Source: Polyangia bacterium (GTDB lineage: Bacteria; Myxococcota_A; Polyangia; Nannocystales; Nannocystaceae). Taken from it: DNA of 64,000 nt. The DNA lies in NCBI GenBank assembly GCA_030424595.1, contig JAUHWG010000011.1, forward strand, positions 65,130 to 129,129, given 5' to 3'. The translations under genes were made by a program, and so were the position numbers. This document shows, piece after piece, positions 1 to 8,813 of the stretch (positions within the stretch are counted from its first letter, which is position 1; every line of letters begins with the position of its first letter). The notes below the pieces were generated by a model. The model was not told where the DNA came from. It saw only the letters and a list, made by a program, of their open reading frames with translations, and made no database searches.

Positions 1-807
1 CTAGGCCAGGGCTGCGCGGGCGACGAGCATCTCGCTCTCGTCGTCCAGGGGCTCGCCCTGGAAGCCGCCGTCGAGGGCGAGGAGGCGGAGGCCGGCGGCG
101 GCGAGGATGCGCGGGAGGTCCTCGGCGAGGAGGTAGCGGTGGCGGACCCCGGCGAGGACTGGCTCGCCGCCGCCGACGGGTCGGTGCTCGTAGGTGACCT
201 CGACGACCTGTTCGCTCGGCCACCAGCGGCTGCTCTCGTGGACCTCGTAGTCCTGGGCCTGCCAGCGGAGGGTGGCGACGAGCTCGGGCGGATCGTCGAT
301 CGGGGCCTCTTCATCGAGCAGTTCGGCGTGGACGGGGTCGGCGTAGTAGGCGTCGAAGAGGAGCTCGCCGCCGGGGGCGAGGTGCTCGCGCGCGCGCCCG
401 AGGGCGGCGATGAGCGAGGCCTCGTCGGCGAGGCAGTAGAGGCCGCAGTAGGGGATGAGGATCCGGTCAAAGGTCCGCCCGAGATCGAGGGTGCACATGT
501 CCGCCTGGATCAGCTCGACGCTCGCGGGGCGGGGGCGGATCCTGTCGCAGGCTCGCCTGGCGAGGTCGAGGAGGCCAGGATCGAGATCGACGCCGACGAG
601 GTGGGTGGTGGCGCTGCCGAGGGTCCGCAGGAGGCGGCCGTGGCCGCAGCCCAGCTCCAGGATCGAGCTGTGGCCCGAGCACGCCTGGCCGTAGAAGTCG
701 ACGTCACCGGGGGTCCCGCGGTGGAGCCTGGCGTAGAGGCCCGCTGGGCCGCGGGGAGGCAGCGGAGGCTGGTCGTCGGGGCGCGGCGCTTGGGTTGAGG
801 TGGTCAT
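1..807 (-). CDS. Class I SAM-dependent methyltransferase (complete; stop at 1-3)
   Basis: 268-aa ORF with canonical motif I 'LELGCGHGRLL' and the acidic motif II/post-I pattern of Rossmann-fold methyltransferases. ATG start at ~807. Confidence 0.75.
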   Translation of the reverse strand: MTTSTQAPRPDDQPPLPPRGPAGLYARLHRGTPGDVDFYGQACSGHSSILELGCGHGRLLRTLGSATTHLVGVDLDPGLLDLARRACDRIRPRPASVELIQADMCTLDLGRTFDRILIPYCGLYCLADEASLIAALGRAREHLAPGGELLFDAYYADPVHAELLDEEAPIDDPPELVATLRWQAQDYEVHESSRWWPSEQVVEVTYEHRPVGGGEPVLAGVRHRYLLAEDLPRILAAAGLRLLALDGGFQGEPLDDESEMLVARAALA

Positions 808-811
808 CGTC

Positions 812-917
812 GGCTCAGGGGATGGCTTCGGGGATGGCTCAGGGGATGGCTCAGGGGATGGCTTAGGGGATGGCTTCGGGGATGGCTCAGGGGATGGCTT
901 CGGGGATGGCCCAGGGG
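812..917. repeat. 12-bp tandem repeat (gggatggctyag) x ~9, immediately 5' of the methyltransferase start
   Basis: Direct reading of the sequence: ggggatggcttc/ggggatggctca units repeated head-to-tail. Confidence 0.85.
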
Positions 918-999
918 GCGCGTCTTGTGGGGCGCGTCTCAGCGGTCGCCCTGGATAGGCCCACGAGCCTCCTGAGGGCCTCGGTAGGGCGTGGCGGGC

Positions 1000-1995
1000 T
1001 CAGGGGCGGACCGCGAAGCTCGAGCGCAGCGCCGCGTGGTCCGATCCGCCCCAGCCCGACCATCCGCTGGTCGTGGTCACGCGAAAGATGATCGACGAGT
1101 CCGCGACGTGGGAGCTGGCGTCGGTCGTCGCCATGTAGAGGTGATCGATCGCCTGCGACTTACCGCCGTAGACGTAGGTCGAGTCGTCGTCGAGCTCAGC
1201 GGCGATCCGGTCGACCGATGCGGCGGCCTCGAGCGCCGCGAGGGGCGGCGATCCGGGGGTGTCGTTGAGGTCGCCGCCCAGGACGATGAGCGCCTCCGGG
1301 TACTCCGTCGCGCGGGTGTCGAGCCACTCGCCGGCGCGCTGACCCTCCGCCAGGCGCCGGCCCGGATCGTCGAAGACCTTGGAGCGGAAGTGGGCGGCGA
1401 AGACGATGATCCGGGCGCCCTCGACGTCGAAGTGGACCTCCAGGAGGTCGCGGGTGAAGGAGGTCTCGCCGCCGTCCGGATGGGGGAACTTCTCGTCCTG
1501 GTGGGAGAAGACGGCCATCGCCGGCAGGGTCGCGAGGACGGCGGTGTCGAGCGAGGCGGGGTAGCCCTGCTCGCCGAGGTGAACCGAGCTGTAGTGCGGC
1601 AGGCGCTCGGCGAGGGCGTCGATGCAGTTCTGGTTCTCGATCTCCTGGAGGAGGAGGATGTCGGCGTCGACGTCGAGGATCGCCGCGGCGAGCTCATCGG
1701 CGCGCTTCTCAAAGGACGTCGGCGTCGCGACCTCCTCGAAGTCGTCGCCCTCGCACTTCCCGGAGTCGCACTTGGTGTCAAAGAAGAGGCGGACGTTGAA
1801 GGTCGCGATCGAGACGTTCTCGGGGTCGACCGCGGTCGAGGTCGCGGTGCCTTCGGAGCTGGAGCTGGAGCCGGAGCCGGACTCGCTCTCGGAGCTCGTC
1901 TGCCCCCAAAAGGTGCAGGCGGGGAGCGTCGCCAGCGAGAGGCCGGCGACGACGAGGGCGATCGTCCGCAGCCCTGCGCTGAAGCGGCGGTGCAT
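1000..1995 (-). CDS. Endonuclease/exonuclease/phosphatase (EEP) family lipoprotein
   Basis: Signal peptide plus lipobox (LATLPAC) starting at internal Met (MHRRFSAG...). S/G-rich linker. Metal-dependent phosphodiesterase-like motifs (FNVRLFFD, LLLQEIEN, GGDLNDTPGS, GWGGSDHAAL). The ORF-track start at 2154 is an N-terminal over-extension. Confidence 0.7.
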   Translation of the reverse strand: MHRRFSAGLRTIALVVAGLSLATLPACTFWGQTSSESESGSGSSSSSEGTATSTAVDPENVSIATFNVRLFFDTKCDSGKCEGDDFEEVATPTSFEKRADELAAAILDVDADILLLQEIENQNCIDALAERLPHYSSVHLGEQGYPASLDTAVLATLPAMAVFSHQDEKFPHPDGGETSFTRDLLEVHFDVEGARIIVFAAHFRSKVFDDPGRRLAEGQRAGEWLDTRATEYPEALIVLGGDLNDTPGSPPLAALEAAASVDRIAAELDDDSTYVYGGKSQAIDHLYMATTDASSHVADSSIIFRVTTTSGWSGWGGSDHAALRSSFAVRP

Positions 1996-2196
1996 CACGC
2001 CGCGGAGCGGCGTGGGTCGGCCTCGGGGCTCCAGAGAGCTCGCTTGATCGAGCGCTCGCCCCTTCGGCGACGGCTCGCCCACGGACGCGCGGCGCTCACG
2101 GTCGCCTGGGTGGGCGAGGGGCGGTCCGCGCTGCGGGCTCTTGCCGTCGGGCATCGGCTCACGATAGCGCGGGCGCGGGCGCGGGCGCCAGGCGGC

Positions 2197-3591
2197 TCAG
2201 GCGTCGAGGCACTCGACCTCGAAGTCGGCGCAGCGAAAGCGGGCGTGGAAGTGGCGATCGTGGCCTGGGGAGTGGCGGATGAGGCCGCGACCGGAGCCCC
2301 GACCGCGGGGGAATTGGATCAGCCGCCTGCGGGTCTCCTTGTCGACCCCGTGCTCCTTCGCGGCCTTGTAGAGGCGCTTTTGCATCTTGTAGTCGAGGAA
2401 GATCCGGTAGACCTCGCCGGTCTCCTCGAGGGCGACGATGAGCTGCCACAGCGCCCACCAGTCGACGCGGCGGCCGAGCGGGGTCCGGTTTTGCGGGAGA
2501 TGCTCGTAGAGGGGAAGGCGGACGTCGACGTCCCTGCCGCACTGGTGCGAGAGGTGGCCGCCGATCGGCCGTCCCCGTTCGCGGCTCATCGCCCCGATCG
2601 CGAGCCTGCCGCCGTAGCCGCTGCTCTCGCGCCAGCTGTGGATCCCGGTGACGAGCGCGCGGACGGAGTTGGTCGTGCCCCAGGAGGAGCCGGGATAGCG
2701 CAGCTCGTAGGCGTCGCTCTCGGGGATCCGGGTGCCGTTGACCAGGCGTCCCTCGTGGGGCCGGCCTACCGCGTAGGCGCCGGGGCTGACCTCGGCTGCG
2801 GGCCCGGGCGGCGGCGCGTCGCCCTCGATCGCGGCGAGGATCGTCGGGTCGTACCAGACGTCGAGCTCCTCGCCGGGCTCGATGGTGCCCTTGACCCGGT
2901 GGATGTTGATCGCCCGGAGATCGCTCGGGTCGACGCCGTAGCGGTGGGCGACCCGGCCCCAGGTCTCCTCGGGGGCGACGACGTGGCGGATGTACTGGCG
3001 GGGCGGAGGGGTCCGGCGGGCGAGGATCCGCAGCTTGGTGCGCGGCTTGGCCTTGGCCCCCGAGGGGAGCTTGTTCCAGCTCCGGATCTTCCCCGGGTCG
3101 CTGCGGTAGCGGATCGCCAGGAGCTCGATCGTCTCCCGCGGGACCACGGTGTGGGTGATCCAGGTCTGGCCCTTCCCGTCTTCATCCTCGAGGTCGTCGG
3201 GGTCGTCGGCCTCAACGCCAGGGGCATCGCTGGGCGCGGGCGCGGGCGCGATCTTCCCGCGCTCGTCGAGCTCCCACAGGGGGATCGAGGCTTCGCCCGC
3301 GGAGCTCGCCAAGGGCCCAGCGTCGGCGATGCGGGCCTCGGGCGTCAGCGTCCCCGCCGACTCGGCAGCGCTCGTCGTCGCGGCGCCAGGCGGCTGCGTT
3401 GGCGGCTCCGCTGGCCCGGGCGCTACATCCACAGGCGAGCGAGGAGCCGCGCTCGTCTCCTGCTCGCCCGCGGAGGTCGGCGCTGTCGGCCGGTCCGGCT
3501 CCGCCCGCGGCAGCGTCTTGCCACCGCCGCCGCAGGCGAGCAGGGCGCCTGCGGCGAGGGTCAGCAGCGCATGTCGGGCAGGGCGAGGCAC
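2197..3591 (-). CDS. Lipoprotein with two LysM domains fused to a penicillin-insensitive murein endopeptidase (MepA/peptidase M74-like) domain
   Basis: Lipobox LLACGGG. Two LysM-like segments (THTVVPRETIELLAIRYRSDPGKIRSWNKL; RHVVAPEETWGRVAHRYGVDPSDLRAINIH). C-terminal region with HLSHQCGRDVDVRL and HSPGHDRHFHARF, resembling MepA Zn-ligand motifs. The start codon is probably GTG. Confidence 0.65.
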   Translation of the reverse strand: MPRPARHALLTLAAGALLACGGGGKTLPRAEPDRPTAPTSAGEQETSAAPRSPVDVAPGPAEPPTQPPGAATTSAAESAGTLTPEARIADAGPLASSAGEASIPLWELDERGKIAPAPAPSDAPGVEADDPDDLEDEDGKGQTWITHTVVPRETIELLAIRYRSDPGKIRSWNKLPSGAKAKPRTKLRILARRTPPPRQYIRHVVAPEETWGRVAHRYGVDPSDLRAINIHRVKGTIEPGEELDVWYDPTILAAIEGDAPPPGPAAEVSPGAYAVGRPHEGRLVNGTRIPESDAYELRYPGSSWGTTNSVRALVTGIHSWRESSGYGGRLAIGAMSRERGRPIGGHLSHQCGRDVDVRLPLYEHLPQNRTPLGRRVDWWALWQLIVALEETGEVYRIFLDYKMQKRLYKAAKEHGVDKETRRRLIQFPRGRGSGRGLIRHSPGHDRHFHARFRCADFEVECLDA

Positions 3592-3654
3592 GGCGCCGGG
3601 GAGAGTAGCGCGCTTTCTCCCACTCCCCGGAATTAGGGGCGGGCGAGGCCCCCG

Positions 3655-4080
3655 CTACCACTCGCCCTGGCTCGGCATCGACGCCCAGGGCTCCTGCGGC
3701 GGCAGCCGATCGCCGCGCTGGAGGAGCTCCACCGAGATCTGATCCGGGGAGCGGACAAAGGCCATGTAGCCGTCGCGCGGCGGCCGGAGGATCGTCACCC
3801 CCGCGTCGCGGAGGCGGGCGCAGGTCTCGTAGATGTTGTCGACCGAGAAGGCGACGTGGCCGAAGTTGCGGCCGCCCGGGTAGGCCTCCTCTTGATCCCA
3901 GTTGTGGGTCAGCTCGAGCTGGGCGCTGTCGCCGGGATCGCCGGTTCCGAGGAAGATCAGGCTAAAGCGCCCCTCCGGGTAGTCGTCGCGGCGGAGCTCG
4001 ACGAGGCCCAGCTTGTTGACGAAGAAGTCGAGGGCGGCGTCCAGATCGAGGACGCGGAGCATAGTGTGTAGAAAGCGCAT
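3655..4080 (-). CDS. gloA: Lactoylglutathione lyase (glyoxalase I)
   Basis: 141-aa C-terminal part of the long ORF begins [14 protein letters not shown]... and closely parallels E. coli GloA (MRLLHTMLRVGDL...ELTYNW...GHIA). The upstream 460 codons of the ORF-track entry are a GC artefact. Confidence 0.85.
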   Translation of the reverse strand: MRFLHTMLRVLDLDAALDFFVNKLGLVELRRDDYPEGRFSLIFLGTGDPGDSAQLELTHNWDQEEAYPGGRNFGHVAFSVDNIYETCARLRDAGVTILRPPRDGYMAFVRSPDQISVELLQRGDRLPPQEPWASMPSQGEW

Positions 4081-4146
4081 CGCCTCGCTTGATAGCAGAG
4101 CTGCGCGCCGTTGACAGGTGCTCGAAGGCGCGCGAGGGTCGCGACC

Positions 4147-5388
4147 ATGCGCCGCGCTCCTCTCCTCGTGATCACCGCAGCTCTCGCCCTCGGGCTCCCC
4201 GGGTGTACGTTCTTGAACAAGCTCTTCAAGAACGAGCCGGCGAACGGGTCTTCGTCTGCGGCGAGCGGCTCGGGGGTCCAGGCCGCCGGCCCCGACGCGT
4301 CGCAGGCTCGGGAGGCGGAGCTCTCCGAGGCTCACCGCCGCCTCGCGGCGGAGCTCGACGCCATGCGCCAGGAGATCAGCGACGCCGGGGTCGACAGCAC
4401 CCTGGCGCTGCGCTTCGCGGAGCTCGCGGGCAAGGCCTACGACAGCGATGCGGTCGCGCGCGGGCGGATCGACGGGCCTGCGATCGGCGCCGAGGCGCTC
4501 GGCTACCTCGGCGAGGCCAAGGAGGCCGAGCCCGCGGCGCTCTTCGACCTGGCCCTCGCCGAGGGCGGGATCCACCGCCGCCTCGGCGACGATGAGGCGG
4601 CGCTCGGGGCCTTCGTCGAGGCCTTCGCGGCCGAGCCACGCATGGCGGCCTTCCAGTCGATGGTCGGGCTCTCGCGGAGCGCCGGCGCGGACGCTGCGGT
4701 GGTCACGGCCTGCGCGACGATCCGGCCTGAGATCAGCGACGAGGGGCTCGCCGACTTCATCGGCCTCTGCCTGGAGCGCAGCGGCGGCGACGCCTCGGGG
4801 CTGACCTGGAAGGGCGCCGATCGGGACGTGGTCGCCTACAACACGGAGATGGCCCGCCGCGAGGAGGCGGCGCGGGTCGCCGAGGAGGAGCGGCGCAAAG
4901 AAGAGGAGCTCGCCGCCGCCGCTGCCGCGGAGGAGGCGGCCAAGCGCGAGCTCTACCAGGTGGCCGCGGTCTTCGCCGCCGGTCGCTGCGAGTTCGGCGA
5001 CTGCGCCCACCGGGGCTGGAGCGTCCGCGTCGACCAGGGCGAGGTGAAGGTCTCCTGCTCCTTCGGCGACTGCCTGACCCGGGGCTGGGAGGCCCGCTTC
5101 CCCGACGGCAAGACGGCCCGCACCGACTGCTCCTTCGGCGAGTGCCTCCAGCGGGGCTGGCAGACGCGCTTCCCTGACGGCTCGACCGCGCAGACGAGCT
5201 GCTCCTTCGGCGAGTGCGCGACCCGGGGCTGGGAGACGCGCCTCCCCGACGGCAGCACCAGCCGGACCACCTGCTCCTTTGGCGAGTGCTTCACCCGGGG
5301 CTGGGAGACGAGCTTGCCGAACGGCGGGCGGATCCGCTGCACCTGCTCCTTCGGCGAGTGCCTGACCCGCGGCACGGAGTGCTCGTAG
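4147..5388 (+). CDS. Lipoprotein with N-terminal helical (TPR-like) domain, coiled coil and six tandem 24-aa Cys-containing repeats (CSFGxCxxRGWxxRFPDGxTxxTx)
   Basis: Signal peptide plus lipobox (LALGLPGC) from the ATG at 4147; the upstream TTG at 4111 is disfavoured. 72-bp DNA tandem repeats from ~4975 to 5385 encode the Cys repeats. Confidence 0.65.
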   Translation: MRRAPLLVITAALALGLPGCTFLNKLFKNEPANGSSSAASGSGVQAAGPDASQAREAELSEAHRRLAAELDAMRQEISDAGVDSTLALRFAELAGKAYDSDAVARGRIDGPAIGAEALGYLGEAKEAEPAALFDLALAEGGIHRRLGDDEAALGAFVEAFAAEPRMAAFQSMVGLSRSAGADAAVVTACATIRPEISDEGLADFIGLCLERSGGDASGLTWKGADRDVVAYNTEMARREEAARVAEEERRKEEELAAAAAAEEAAKRELYQVAAVFAAGRCEFGDCAHRGWSVRVDQGEVKVSCSFGDCLTRGWEARFPDGKTARTDCSFGECLQRGWQTRFPDGSTAQTSCSFGECATRGWETRLPDGSTSRTTCSFGECFTRGWETSLPNGGRIRCTCSFGECLTRGTECS

Positions 5389-5404
5389 GCCACGGACGGC
5401 GGCG

Positions 5405-6547
5405 ATGCGCCTCCTCGTCCTCGACGCGTACCACGACGGATCCCACGCTGCGTTCATCCGCGGGTGGTCGGCCCGATCGCGGCACGAGCACGACCTGCTG
5501 ACCTTGCCGGGCCGTCACTGGAAGTGGCGGATGAGGCAGGGGGCGATCGGCTTCGCGGCGACGGTAGGCGAGCGCTACGCCGCGGGAGAGCGCTGGGACG
5601 CGGTCTTCGCCACCGACATGCTCGACCTGGCGACCTTCGCCGGGCTCGCGCCGGCGGCCGTGGCAGCGCTGCCGCGGATCGTCTACTTCCACGAGAATCA
5701 GCTCACCTACCCGGTCCGCCATCACGACGTCCGCGACCTCCACTTCGCCTTCACCAACATCACCACCTGCCTCGCCGCCGACGCGGTCGTCTTCAACAGC
5801 GGCTTTCACCGGGACGCCTTCTTGGCGGCCGTCGACGAGCTGACGGCGAAGATGCCGGATCACCGGCCGAGCGCGGCGGCGTCGACGATCCGGGCCCGCT
5901 CGTCGGTCGTCCCGCCGGGGATCGACCCGCCGCCGATGACAAATCCCGGGAGGCCCCGGGAGGGCGGCCCCTTGCGGGTGCTCTGGCCCCACCGCTGGGA
6001 GTACGACAAGGACCCGAAGAGCTTCTTTGAGGCGATCGGCGCGGCTCGGCGTCAGGGCGCGCAGCTCCGGCTCCTCGTCGTCGGCAAGCGCTTTCGCGAG
6101 GCGCCGCCCGCCTTCGCCGCGGCCGCGCAGGAGCACGCCGACATCATCGACCAGTGGGGCTACGTCGAGGACCACGCGGCCTACCGCCGCCTCTTGGCGG
6201 GCGCCGATGTGGTCGTCTCGACCGCGATCCACGAGTTCTTCGGCATCGCCGTCGTCGAGGCCGTCGCCGCCGGCGCCTTCCCGGTGGTCCCGCCGCGCCT
6301 CGCCTATCGGGAGACCCTGCGCGGCGCCGACGGGAGCCCGCGCTCGGAGTTCTTCTACGACGGCAGCGTCGCAGGCCTCGCCGCGCGCCTCGTCGCCTTG
6401 GCGGAGGAGCCCGCGGGGATCTGGGGCGCTGAGGGTCCGGAGGGACGGCGCGGCTCGGAGGTGGTCGCCGGCTACCTCTGGCCGGCGGTCAGCGAGCGCC
6501 TCGATCGCCAGGTTGAGCGCTCCCTCGCGGGCGCTCGCGTGCGCTGA
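5405..6547 (+). CDS. Glycosyltransferase family 1 protein with DUF3524 N-domain; homolog of eukaryotic tRNA-queuosine alpha-mannosyltransferase (GTDC1/QTMAN-like)
   Basis: Motifs [67 protein letters not shown] match the GTDC1-type family as I recall it (WPHRWEHDKDPESFF, YFHENQLIYPV). Confidence 0.75.
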   Translation: MRLLVLDAYHDGSHAAFIRGWSARSRHEHDLLTLPGRHWKWRMRQGAIGFAATVGERYAAGERWDAVFATDMLDLATFAGLAPAAVAALPRIVYFHENQLTYPVRHHDVRDLHFAFTNITTCLAADAVVFNSGFHRDAFLAAVDELTAKMPDHRPSAAASTIRARSSVVPPGIDPPPMTNPGRPREGGPLRVLWPHRWEYDKDPKSFFEAIGAARRQGAQLRLLVVGKRFREAPPAFAAAAQEHADIIDQWGYVEDHAAYRRLLAGADVVVSTAIHEFFGIAVVEAVAAGAFPVVPPRLAYRETLRGADGSPRSEFFYDGSVAGLAARLVALAEEPAGIWGAEGPEGRRGSEVVAGYLWPAVSERLDRQVERSLAGARVR

Positions 6548-6622
6548 CGCGCGGTGCCCCGGGTCACAGCGCCGGGCCCTCGCGTTGACGCGCAGAGGGC
6601 TGGGGACGACCATCCGGCGGTC

Positions 6623-7636
6623 ATGACGGTCCTCGTCACCGGAGCCGCTGGCCACGTCGGCGTCACCCTTGTCCGCGCCCTCCTCGCGCAGGGCCGGAGG
6701 GTCCGCGCGCTCGTCCGCTCCGACACCGAGGGGCTCGCGGGGCTCGACGTGGAGCTCGTCCGCGGGGATGTCCGCGATCGGCGGTCGGTCGCGGAGGCGG
6801 TCGCCGGCGCCGAGCTGGTGATCCACGCGGCGGCCCGGATCTCGCTGAGCTCGGTCGACGATCCCCACCTTCAGGCGGTCAACGTCGGCGGGACCGCGGC
6901 GGTGGTCGACGCTTGCCTCGACGCGGGCGGCGGTCGCCTGGTCCACATCTCGTCGGTCCACGCGCTCGATCTCGTCGGCGCCGCGACCGTGGACGAGCGT
7001 CTGCCCCTCGCCGAGGGCCGCGACGCGTCGCCCTACGACCGCAGCAAGGCGGCGGCCGAGCGCGAGGTCCTCCGCGGCGTCGCCGCTGGCCTCGACGCGG
7101 TGATCGTGAGCCCCGCGGCGGTGATCGGCCCCTACGACTTCAAGCCCTCGCAGGTCGGCCGCTTGCTCCTGGAGCTGCGGCGCGGCTCGTTGCCGGCGCT
7201 GACCGGCGGCGGCCAGAGCTGGGTCGACGTCCGCGACATCGTCGGCGGGGTGCTGGCGGCGGCGGAGCGCGGACGCACCGGCGAGCGTTACCTCCTGGGG
7301 GGCGAGTACCGCTCGGTGGTCGAGCTGGTCGAGATGGCGGCCAAGGAGATCGGCGCCCGGCGACCGCGGGTGGTCCTCCCCCTCGGCCTCCTCGGCGCCC
7401 TCGCCCCGACCGCGGAGCGGCTGAACCGCCTGCGCGGGCGCGAGGCGACCCTCACCCCCGTGTCTGTGCGAGCCCTCTGCGGCTCCCACGAGGTCTCCTC
7501 GGAGAAGGCGGTGCGGGAGCTTGGATACTCCCGCAGGCCGCTCGCGGAGACGGTCGCGGAGACGATGGCGTGGCTCTGTGAGCATCACAGCGGTGTGCTG
7601 GGGGAGGCGCGGCGCGTCGCCCCCAGCGGCGCATGA
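6623..7636 (+). CDS. NAD-dependent epimerase/dehydratase (extended SDR; HpnA/dihydroflavonol-reductase-like)
   Basis: N-terminal Rossmann motif VLVTGAAGHVG and YDRSK catalytic motif. Start chosen at internal Met (MTVLVTGAAG); the ORF-track start at 6554 is probably an extension. Confidence 0.7.
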   Translation: MTVLVTGAAGHVGVTLVRALLAQGRRVRALVRSDTEGLAGLDVELVRGDVRDRRSVAEAVAGAELVIHAAARISLSSVDDPHLQAVNVGGTAAVVDACLDAGGGRLVHISSVHALDLVGAATVDERLPLAEGRDASPYDRSKAAAEREVLRGVAAGLDAVIVSPAAVIGPYDFKPSQVGRLLLELRRGSLPALTGGGQSWVDVRDIVGGVLAAAERGRTGERYLLGGEYRSVVELVEMAAKEIGARRPRVVLPLGLLGALAPTAERLNRLRGREATLTPVSVRALCGSHEVSSEKAVRELGYSRRPLAETVAETMAWLCEHHSGVLGEARRVAPSGA

Positions 7637-7658
7637 AGACAGGACAAGGAGCGTCGAT

Positions 7659-8654
7659 ATGACCCGATCCCTCGTTACCGGTGGCTGTGGCTTTGTCGGC
7701 CGTCGACTCGTCGACGCGCTCCTCGATCGCGGCGATGAGGTGATCGTCTTCGATCTCGCGGGGGAGCCCTGGCGCGACGGCATGCGCCTCATCCGCGGCG
7801 ATCTCTGCGACGCCGAGGCGGTCGCGGCGGCCTGCGAGGGCGTCGACGTCGTCTTCCACTCGGCGTCGCTCGTCCACACCAAGCGAAACCGCGGCGAGCT
7901 GGTCCGGGCGGTCAACGTCGACGGCTCGCGCAACGTCCTCGCCGCCTGCCGCCAACACGGCATCGGCAAGCTCATCTACGTCTCCTCGGCGAGCGTCGTC
8001 TACTTCGGCGAGGACATCCGCAACGGCGACGAGACGCTGCCCTACCCGGAGAGCTTTCCGGCGCTCTACGCCGAGACCAAGGCGATCGCGGAGCGCGAGC
8101 TCCTGGCGGCGAGCGGCGACGGTCCGCTGACCTGCGCGATCCGTCCCCACGTCGTCTTCGGCCCCGGCGACACCCGCCTGATCCCGGCGCTCTTGGATCG
8201 GGCGAAGGCCGGCAAGATGAAGTTCCAGGTCGGCAGCGACGACAAGCTCTCCGACTTCACCTACGTGGGCAACGTCATCCAGGCGCTGCTCCTCGCCGAG
8301 GAGCGCCTGGAGCCGGGATCCCCGGTCGCGGGCCAGGCCTATTTCATCACCAACGGCGAGCCGATGCCCTTTTGGCACTTCGTCCGCCGGGTCGTCGAGC
8401 CGCTCGGCTATACGGCGCCGAAGATGCGGATCCCCTTCGTCGTCGCCTACGCGGCGGCGGCGGTCCGCGAGGGCGTCGACACCCTCCTCCGCGGGGGCAC
8501 GCTCCACGCCGAGGGGGGCCTCTCCCGCTTCGCGATCCGCTACCTCTGCACGGATCACTACTTCAGCCACGCCAAGGCGACCCGCGACCTCGGCTACGTG
8601 CCGGCGACGAACCTGGAGCAGGGGATCGCCGAGACCGTCGCGAGCCTCCGCTGA
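7659..8654 (+). CDS. 3-beta-hydroxysteroid dehydrogenase/isomerase-family NAD(P)-dependent epimerase/dehydratase
   Basis: VTGGCGFVGRRLV Rossmann motif and YAETK catalytic Y-x3-K, with 3beta-HSD-family C-terminal region. ATG at 7659 (MTRSLVTGG). Confidence 0.75.
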   Translation: MTRSLVTGGCGFVGRRLVDALLDRGDEVIVFDLAGEPWRDGMRLIRGDLCDAEAVAAACEGVDVVFHSASLVHTKRNRGELVRAVNVDGSRNVLAACRQHGIGKLIYVSSASVVYFGEDIRNGDETLPYPESFPALYAETKAIAERELLAASGDGPLTCAIRPHVVFGPGDTRLIPALLDRAKAGKMKFQVGSDDKLSDFTYVGNVIQALLLAEERLEPGSPVAGQAYFITNGEPMPFWHFVRRVVEPLGYTAPKMRIPFVVAYAAAAVREGVDTLLRGGTLHAEGGLSRFAIRYLCTDHYFSHAKATRDLGYVPATNLEQGIAETVASLR

Positions 8655-8813
8655 GGTCGAACCATCCTCGTGTCGCCCCCCGTGGTCCTCGTCCCCCTTG
8701 ACCCGTCTGCGGCCAAGGCCAACACTCGCCCGCGGTGAGCGTGCCCCGACAATCTCCGAGGTACAGGACGATCCGCCCCCACGCGGGCTCTTTTCGTCTG
8801 ATGGAGAGTTCTG

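Noticed and set aside
812-917. Possible CRISPR array (and likewise for the arrays at 10094-10162, 28534-28571, 44580-44720 and 50343-50408)
   Set aside because: The units are 5-12 bp, contiguous and without spacers. There are no cas genes in the window. These are simple tandem repeats or microsatellites, not CRISPR.
991-3636. 881-aa plus-strand ORF overlapping the EEP and LysM-MepA genes
   Set aside because: It is antisense to two genes with clear domain content. Its translation is Arg/Ala/Gly-rich low-complexity, typical of GC-driven open frames, and it has no recognisable motifs.
4111-4146. TTG start 12 codons upstream of the Cys-repeat lipoprotein ATG
   Set aside because: The ATG at 4147 is immediately followed by a canonical signal peptide and lipobox. 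The extension would place a charged R-rich stretch ahead of it.
3655-5457. 600-aa minus-strand ORF whose C-terminus is GloA
   Set aside because: Only the last 141 codons (from [10 protein letters not shown]) match glyoxalase I. The upstream 460 codons are antisense to the Cys-repeat lipoprotein and are A/G/R-rich. The true start is the ATG at 4080.
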